Origin: a virus | Reading direction: 5' to 3' (one strand) | DNA: 64,000 bases | IMG/VR virus record: IMGVR_UViG_3300011271_000003 | Span: 34,805-98,804 of that record | Shown here: positions 58,366-64,000 of the stretch, piece after piece | Position numbering within the stretch: the stretch's first letter is position 1 | Layout of the letters: each line of letters opens with the position of its first letter | Notes under the pieces: generated by a model | Seen by the model: the letters and a program-made list of their open reading frames with translations, nothing else | Told to the model about the DNA's origin: nothing | The model's database searches: none | Translations under genes and position numbers: made by a program

Positions 58366-59528
58366 GATTTGGTTACTGGTCCAATCTTGCCACCCTTCAG
58401 CTGGGTGACGGTTCCACGACACAAACGTGGATGCAGGCGATGCCTTTGGGCAAGTACGACCATCCAGTTTACGGCGAGATTAACATCACGCCTGAGCGAG
58501 TTGCGCAGTTCGCTGAGAACGTCAACAAGGAGGTTCGCGGTCAGAAGCTCGATATCGACTACGACCACAAGGCGTACGGTGGCGAAGCGGCAGGGTGGGT
58601 CGAGAAGGCGGAGGCGCGGCATGATGGTCTCTGGCTTCTCGTTGACTGGACGAAGAAGGCCTACGAGCTGATCAAGGAGAGAGCTTACAGGTACTTCAGT
58701 CCTGAGTTCAACGATGAGTGGAAGCATCCGAAGGATGGGACTACATTTCAGAACGTGCTGTTCGGTGGAGCGATTACTAACCGTCCGTTTCTAAAGGACA
58801 TCCTGCCGATCAACATGAGTGAACTGTTCACTGGAGCGACTCCGCCAGCGCCTACGCCGGCTCCGGCTCCTACACCCGATCCCTCGAAAGGAGGGCGTAT
58901 GGACCCGAAGGTGCTTCGTGCAACCCTGGGTCTGGCCGAAGACGCTACGGACGAGCAGGTCACTGCGAAGCTGGCCGAACTTGCGGCTCGGCCGGTGCCG
59001 CAGCAGGCGCCAGATGCTCCGGCATCCCCAGAAGAGGTTATGGCGCTTGTTCGTCAGCTGTCTGACGTTCAGGGCAACCCGGCACTCAAGGCTCTGACCG
59101 ACCTCGCACAGGCACAGCAGAAGCAGCTGGCCACGCTAGTGCACGAGCGGCATGTCCAGCTCGTGGAGCAGCGACTCACTGAGCTGGACATGGCAATGCG
59201 GGACAAGCACCTTGCGGTGCCTCCTGCAGTCAAGGACCAGCTGCGGGAGATTCTGATCAAGTCGCCGAAGGAGCTTGGCGAGAAGGTCTTCAACGCCTAC
59301 AAGGCCACTCTGGATCTCGGCCTGATCGATATGACCGAGCGTGGCTGGCGGCGCCGTGGCGATGACAAGTCGCCAACGCAGCAGTTCCTGAGCGAGGTCG
59401 ACGTGCTTATGTCGAAGGACCCGAAGATGACCTATGCGGCCGCGGCTACTCAGGTCTCGAGGGAGAACCCGCAGCTGGCCGAGCAGTACCGTGAGGACAG
59501 CTACATCCCCAGTGACGGGGGGAGGTAA
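58362..59528 (+). CDS. Prohead protease/scaffold (Mu gpI-like)
   Basis: IDYDH, AAGWV, VDWT..A, YRYFSPEF, AITNRPFL, LGLAEDATDE scaffold segment. Confidence 0.9.
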   Translation: MRFGYWSNLATLQLGDGSTTQTWMQAMPLGKYDHPVYGEINITPERVAQFAENVNKEVRGQKLDIDYDHKAYGGEAAGWVEKAEARHDGLWLLVDWTKKAYELIKERAYRYFSPEFNDEWKHPKDGTTFQNVLFGGAITNRPFLKDILPINMSELFTGATPPAPTPAPAPTPDPSKGGRMDPKVLRATLGLAEDATDEQVTAKLAELAARPVPQQAPDAPASPEEVMALVRQLSDVQGNPALKALTDLAQAQQKQLATLVHERHVQLVEQRLTELDMAMRDKHLAVPPAVKDQLREILIKSPKELGEKVFNAYKATLDLGLIDMTERGWRRRGDDKSPTQQFLSEVDVLMSKDPKMTYAAAATQVSRENPQLAEQYREDSYIPSDGGR

Positions 59529-59533
59529 GCCAG

Positions 59534-60010
59534 ATGGCAGGAATGGATCATATCCTCAACAAGGCGTATCTTGCTCAGTCGGGTGCGTCGGCCCCGCTGC
59601 TGTTCGGGCAGGTTGTTAACCAGGTCGCTGGCACGACGCTCGATCCGAACCAGGCTCAGGTTGCGCCGCTGCTTGCAGCGCTTCCTGTGAACGCAGCGCC
59701 TCTCGGAGTATGCCAGGAGAACATGGACCTGGTCAAGATCGCCACAGGCAAGGCATACTTCAGCGTTGCTCTGCTGGGAACTGTCAAGGTTATCTACGAT
59801 GGCACTGCTCAGGCTCTTTACCCTGGAGTAGCGCCGTACGCAGGCGGTCTTGTGGTTCCGTGTGCTACTGCCGGCACGATTGGAAGCGTTACCTTCATTG
59901 CGCGCACCGCAGTGTTTAGGGGTATCGCCGTTCTAGGTGTCGCTATGGATCTTCCAACTACCAAGGGTGATATCTTCGACGTCACTCTGACGCCCGGCCT
60001 GATGGTCTGA
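59534..60010 (+). CDS. Capsid decoration/cement protein
   Basis: Between scaffold and MCP; LGV, LGVA...KGDIFDV.L pattern. Confidence 0.7.
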   Translation: MAGMDHILNKAYLAQSGASAPLLFGQVVNQVAGTTLDPNQAQVAPLLAALPVNAAPLGVCQENMDLVKIATGKAYFSVALLGTVKVIYDGTAQALYPGVAPYAGGLVVPCATAGTIGSVTFIARTAVFRGIAVLGVAMDLPTTKGDIFDVTLTPGLMV

Positions 60011-60028
60011 GAAGGGAGGCAAGCCAGA

Positions 60029-61039
60029 ATGGCAGTTTACAACCCGTCAGGGTCCGGCAACGTCCACGTTGATGTCGTCCTTACGAACATCAGCGTTGCG
60101 TGGCCGAACGAGGGTCTCGTTGGCGAAGTTCTCTTCCCAGTCGTGCCCGTGGCAAAGCAGTCGAACAAGTACTACATCTACAACGGTCGCGAGGGTTGGT
60201 ACCCGGCGCTAGACGACAGCCGAGCTCCTGGTACTGAGGCGAACGAGATCACTGGCATGGCGATGTCGGTGGACACGTACTACGCCCAGGAGCACGCGCT
60301 CCAGCTCGCGGTGACCGACGAAGAGCGTGAGAACGCTGACGTCCCTCTGAACCCCGATGTCGACGGTACCGAGATGATCACGTCTCGTGTGGCGCTCGGT
60401 AAGGAGTACAGGATCTACCAGAAGGCTGCGGTTGCCACCAACTACAACGCCAACCTGACAGTCGACCTGAGCACGGCGCCTACGGGCTTCGGGCCCCAGT
60501 GGGACAACGCGGCATCGGCTACGCCGATCAAGGACATCCGCACCGCCATGCGTCTGATCCACGCGCAGTCGTTCCTTCAGCCCAACCAGGCCGTGATTCC
60601 CTACAAGGTCATGTCTGCGCTCGAGGACAGCCAGGACCTAATCAACCGTATCCAGTACGTGGAGCGTGCGATTCTGACTCCTGATCTGGTCGAGAGCCTG
60701 CTGGGACTGAGTAATTGTGTCGTTCCAGGTTTCGGATTTGCCTCGAACAACCCTGGACAGACGCTCACGCTGCAGTATCTCTGGAACAAGGAGGTCGTGT
60801 TCGTCTTCAACCCGCCTCGGCCTGGACTTAAGACTCCAGCTTTCGGGTACGAGTTCGCCTGGGGCTTCGGGGGCGGTCAGGATCGTATCGTTGACCGTTG
60901 GCGTGAAGAGCGGCGAGCGAGTGACCTGATCCGCTTGAGGACGCGCTACGACCTGAAGCTGGTGGGTCTGGACGTGAACAGCAAGAGTATTTGTGGCTTC
61001 CTGTTCACGAACGCGCTTAGCTCCGGCTTCGTTGGGTAG
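60029..61039 (+). CDS. Major capsid protein
   Basis: DVVLTNISVA, LFP.VPV, RAPG, TPIKDI, QPN..VI, PAFGY.F; size and position fit. Confidence 0.9.
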   Translation: MAVYNPSGSGNVHVDVVLTNISVAWPNEGLVGEVLFPVVPVAKQSNKYYIYNGREGWYPALDDSRAPGTEANEITGMAMSVDTYYAQEHALQLAVTDEERENADVPLNPDVDGTEMITSRVALGKEYRIYQKAAVATNYNANLTVDLSTAPTGFGPQWDNAASATPIKDIRTAMRLIHAQSFLQPNQAVIPYKVMSALEDSQDLINRIQYVERAILTPDLVESLLGLSNCVVPGFGFASNNPGQTLTLQYLWNKEVVFVFNPPRPGLKTPAFGYEFAWGFGGGQDRIVDRWREERRASDLIRLRTRYDLKLVGLDVNSKSICGFLFTNALSSGFVG

Positions 61040-61071
61040 CATCGTAGTTGGCGCGGAAGGGAGGTGGCAGC

Positions 61072-61506
61072 GTGAAGCAGTGCAGTAAGTGTAGACGGTG
61101 GAAAGCTGTCACTGACTTCCATCGGTCTTCGAGGTCGTCTGATGGATACCAGTGGCAGTGTAAGTGCTGCAACCGAAGCTCCGTTCGGGCGTCGAACAAG
61201 AAGAACGGCCACAATGGGTACACTCCGTATAGGGCCGAACGAACTGCAGGATATGTGGCCAAGCGTCGCGCTGTCTTGCTAGGCAATGGTCCTGTTGAGC
61301 AGATCGATCGTCGAGTAGTTTGGGGTCGTGACGAAGGTCACTGTCGCATTAAGCTCGTTTGCGATGGTATCTTCGTTCCCTTCGACGAGATGCATCTCGA
61401 CCACGTTGTTCCGGTTAGCAAAGGTGGAACGCACACCTGGAGCAACGTGCAGACGGGGTGTGCACCGTGCAACTACGCCAAGAGCAACTTGCTACTTACG
61501 ACTTAG
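61072..61506 (+). CDS. HNH endonuclease with N-terminal zinc ribbon
   Basis: KQCSKC...CKCC; RD.G.C..C; HLDHVVPVSKGG.H..SNVQ..C..CN..K. Confidence 0.9.
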   Translation: MKQCSKCRRWKAVTDFHRSSRSSDGYQWQCKCCNRSSVRASNKKNGHNGYTPYRAERTAGYVAKRRAVLLGNGPVEQIDRRVVWGRDEGHCRIKLVCDGIFVPFDEMHLDHVVPVSKGGTHTWSNVQTGCAPCNYAKSNLLLTT

Positions 61507-61519
61507 AAGAGGGGCTGAT

Positions 61520-61876
61520 ATGGCAAAAGTCAAAGGGTATGTGGCGTATGCCGATCTTGGCAAGGGTAGCGGCGCGCCCGTCAACCCGGACGACCACGGT
61601 GGCGTGGACTCGGAGGAATTCAAGTACATGCTGGAGCACCGTACGGTGCTCCCGCTAGGGGACCCCGACGTCCCTGCTCCTCCGGATGAGGAGGAAGAGC
61701 CTGTCCCTGCCTTGCAGGTTCCCAAGGACGATACCGCTCGTGGCGCGGATGGCACCACGCCCGAGGTCAAGTCTGACGGAACTACGACTCCGGCTACCAC
61801 TCCGGGTGTAGGGTCATCGTCCGGGTCTTCAGCAGCTAAGGCCGCCGGAGCTGCTGGAGTCAAGCCCGCGGGCTGA
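61520..61876 (+). CDS. Low-complexity head-associated hypothetical protein
   Basis: ATG after GAGGGG SD; follows the MCP region. Confidence 0.65.
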   Translation: MAKVKGYVAYADLGKGSGAPVNPDDHGGVDSEEFKYMLEHRTVLPLGDPDVPAPPDEEEEPVPALQVPKDDTARGADGTTPEVKSDGTTTPATTPGVGSSSGSSAAKAAGAAGVKPAG

Positions 61877-61881
61877 TGACA

Positions 61882-61924
61882 GAGAGACAGCGAGCCTACG
61901 TCGTGGGTGGGCTCGCTGTCTCTC
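61882..61924 (+). terminator. Strong hairpin after the capsid module
   Basis: GAGAGACAGCGAGCCTAC/GTGGGCTCGCTGTCTCTC, no U-tract. Confidence 0.6.
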
Positions 61925-61937
61925 CTGGGAGTTAAAC

Positions 61938-62423
61938 ATGACACATATCGAGCTTGCTGAGGCTCAGTCGTTTCTTGAGGGCACTAAGCTGAATTTGTCT
62001 TCGCTTGACTCTGTACTAGAGAGTGAGCAGGCTAACTACGTTCTTGGCACCCTTGCACAGACGTACGACAGTCCCACTTTTGGCGTAACGACTTGGGTAG
62101 ACGTTAACACTACGCCTGAGCTGGTCAGACTGTGTATTGCCATGTTCTACGCTGGCTGGCTGTATGACCGCCAGTACTCTGAGATGGTTGCCGCCGAGGG
62201 CAACAGCTACGGGTTGATTCTTCGTAATGACGCTGAGGTTCTGCTTCTAGGAATTGCTTCTTCATCTATTCAGTTGGTTGAGCTACTACCTAACATGCCC
62301 TCGGTTGCTCCTGTGTTCTACCCTACGGACACTAGCTCAACGCCGTGGGCGCAGAGGTCTGTTCCGACCTGGATTGATAGTTCGCTAGGTCCAGCTAAGT
62401 TCAGTATGGGAAAGGTGTTCTGA
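61938..62423 (+). CDS. Head-tail adaptor (Mu gp36-like)
   Basis: Position; P.LV....AM..A..LY helical motif; C-terminal FSMGKVF. Confidence 0.7.
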   Translation: MTHIELAEAQSFLEGTKLNLSSLDSVLESEQANYVLGTLAQTYDSPTFGVTTWVDVNTTPELVRLCIAMFYAGWLYDRQYSEMVAAEGNSYGLILRNDAEVLLLGIASSSIQLVELLPNMPSVAPVFYPTDTSSTPWAQRSVPTWIDSSLGPAKFSMGKVF

Positions 62424-62890
62424 TGCCAAACCCATATGCAGCATACACCGACTCAACTGAGTTTGTTGCTAACTACGTATTGAATGCAATCAAGGCTGGA
62501 GCAGCTACGCTTGGCTTGACCGACGCAGTTAATCAGGTCTGGTATGGCGATCAGGTGCTGTTGCCTGAGACGCCCGCGGTCTGCGTGGTACCTGGACCAG
62601 AGACGGATACGCCTAACGGTGCTGGTGGCCGTCCCGTGCGAATAGATTTTCGAACGTTCGTAATGGTTTACTATGGTAAGGTTCAGGATCAGCAGCTGAA
62701 CGTGCACGCCAGCCTAGGGCTAGCTAACCAGATCAAACGACTCATGAACGCAGACCCGACTTTGGGTGGTAACGCGATCGACGCTTACTTCTCGAATATC
62801 GATCCTGGCGTATCTGCGAAGCAGGGCGGACTGATGGACGCAACCCGGATGACGTTGCTGACTAAGAGTAAGGTCGTTCTGAATCCATGA
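62423..62890 (+). CDS. Tail terminator/completion-like protein
   Basis: TPAVCV.P, DPTLGG; located before the tail tube. Confidence 0.65.
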   Translation: MPNPYAAYTDSTEFVANYVLNAIKAGAATLGLTDAVNQVWYGDQVLLPETPAVCVVPGPETDTPNGAGGRPVRIDFRTFVMVYYGKVQDQQLNVHASLGLANQIKRLMNADPTLGGNAIDAYFSNIDPGVSAKQGGLMDATRMTLLTKSKVVLNP

Positions 62891-62911
62891 CGACCCACAG
62901 GAGGTGCTAAA

Positions 62912-63259
62912 GTGTCCTATAAGCTTGTTGTAAATCAGCTTAACCTGGGGGACGCGGGACAGATCTACATTCACGGCCTCGGCTCATTCGGTAACGGGGA
63001 ACATGAGATTTCAGACGAGCTGGAGCAGAACTTTCGAAGTGTAAATACCGTCGAGGTAGGCGGATTCGACGATGATCCCAAATCGGACTCCTTTGGTGTT
63101 TACATACCGAAGTTCGTCGAGGGACCGTCTCTTGTAGACGCTGCCGGGAGTATGCACGGGGTGACGGCGGCAAAGCTGGGGCCTCCTGTGGGCGGACCAC
63201 CTGCGGGTGCCAAATCTGGAGCTTCGAGTTCCGTGACTAGCGACGGAGGCGAGAAGTAA
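62912..63259 (+). CDS. Hypothetical tail-region protein
   Basis: GGAGG SD; TAATG-coupled to the tail tube gene. Confidence 0.65.
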   Translation: MSYKLVVNQLNLGDAGQIYIHGLGSFGNGEHEISDELEQNFRSVNTVEVGGFDDDPKSDSFGVYIPKFVEGPSLVDAAGSMHGVTAAKLGPPVGGPPAGAKSGASSSVTSDGGEK

Positions 63260-64000
63260 TGGGCGTTGGTGTAAGCGGAGGCGGCTCGGCCGGACTGGCG
63301 TTTGAGACAACGCCTGGAACTTACGTCGCGCCGACTAAGTTCTTCCCAATTCTGGGTGAGCAGCTACAGTTTATGCCGGGAAACGTTTATCGGCGTCCGA
63401 TTCGCCAATCAGTGGACCAGACCGGTATGGTTCCTGGCAACGTGTCGGCGACCGGTACCATTACGATGGAAGCGATGGACGACGTCATCGTGTACTTCCT
63501 GTACGCGATGCGTATGGGCATCGTCAGGACGGGTACGAACCCGAACTGGATCTACACGTGCACTCCGACATCAACGAACGCGTTTCCGACTCGTACGCTA
63601 TCCCTGACGATTGTGCGAAACAGCGCTGTGTTTGGCTACGTTGGCTGCGTCGTGTCTAAGCTGACGCTAGCTATTCAGAACGACATTCTCCAAATGGACG
63701 CCGACATCATCGGCACAAATGAGGCTACGCAGTCTCTGCCGACGCCAACCTGGGGTACCGGTACTCCATACGGTCCGGGTTCGTGGAACGTTGGTATCCC
63801 GACAGCGACTCAGGTATTCGACATGGACACCTTCTCGTTCTCGGTCGATGAGGCAGGTGCTCCGGCCTACCGCTTGAAGAACACGGGTGCGAACGCTGGT
63901 CGCGGTGCCCAGTTCGTCTCGATGGGCGAACGCACCGTGGCGATGACTGCCAGTCGTGACTTCATCGACAAGACCGACTACGGTCTCTTCCAGGCAGGTA
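63259..64000 (+). CDS. Major tail tube protein (runs off the window; not in the ORF track)
   Basis: Open frame MGVGVSGGGSAGLAFETTPGTYVAPTKFFPI...FGYVGCVVSKLTL...; position after the head-tail genes. Confidence 0.8.
   Translation, partial: MGVGVSGGGSAGLAFETTPGTYVAPTKFFPILGEQLQFMPGNVYRRPIRQSVDQTGMVPGNVSATGTITMEAMDDVIVYFLYAMRMGIVRTGTNPNWIYTCTPTSTNAFPTRTLSLTIVRNSAVFGYVGCVVSKLTLAIQNDILQMDADIIGTNEATQSLPTPTWGTGTPYGPGSWNVGIPTATQVFDMDTFSFSVDEAGAPAYRLKNTGANAGRGAQFVSMGERTVAMTASRDFIDKTDYGLFQAG

Overview
A 64-kb segment of a large tailed dsDNA phage genome, most likely from a long-tailed phage of Actinomycetota. The host inference rests on DUF397 and DUF3631-like genes and an actinobacterial rrn-leader/boxA motif. 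Bases 1-42250 form a leftward (- strand) early/middle arm of many small genes driven by at least eight sigma70-type promoters. It encodes a Cas4/RecB-like nuclease with an intein, a SNF2 helicase, a minimal PolX-SWIM fusion, an ATP-dependent ligase, ParB, a GDPD, and HNH, GIY-YIG and LAGLIDADG endonucleases. Bases 42360-64000 form a rightward late arm: putative TerS, a frameshifted Tad2/DUF2829, TerL with an intein, portal, a long accessory virion cluster, Mu-like protease, capsid, head-tail genes and tail tube. The most unusual content is at the RNA level: (i) a ~1.2-kb non-coding operon (15690-16930) with two anticodon-less tRNA mimics, a boxA and a ~750-nt highly structured RNA; (ii) an early gene enclosed by a 33-bp stalk resembling the actinobacterial rRNA processing stem; (iii) five intergenic stems with the same TGA/TGA G.G-mismatch motif, twice bracketing a perfect-SD minigene. 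All family calls come from reading motifs by eye; no searches or folding programs were run.
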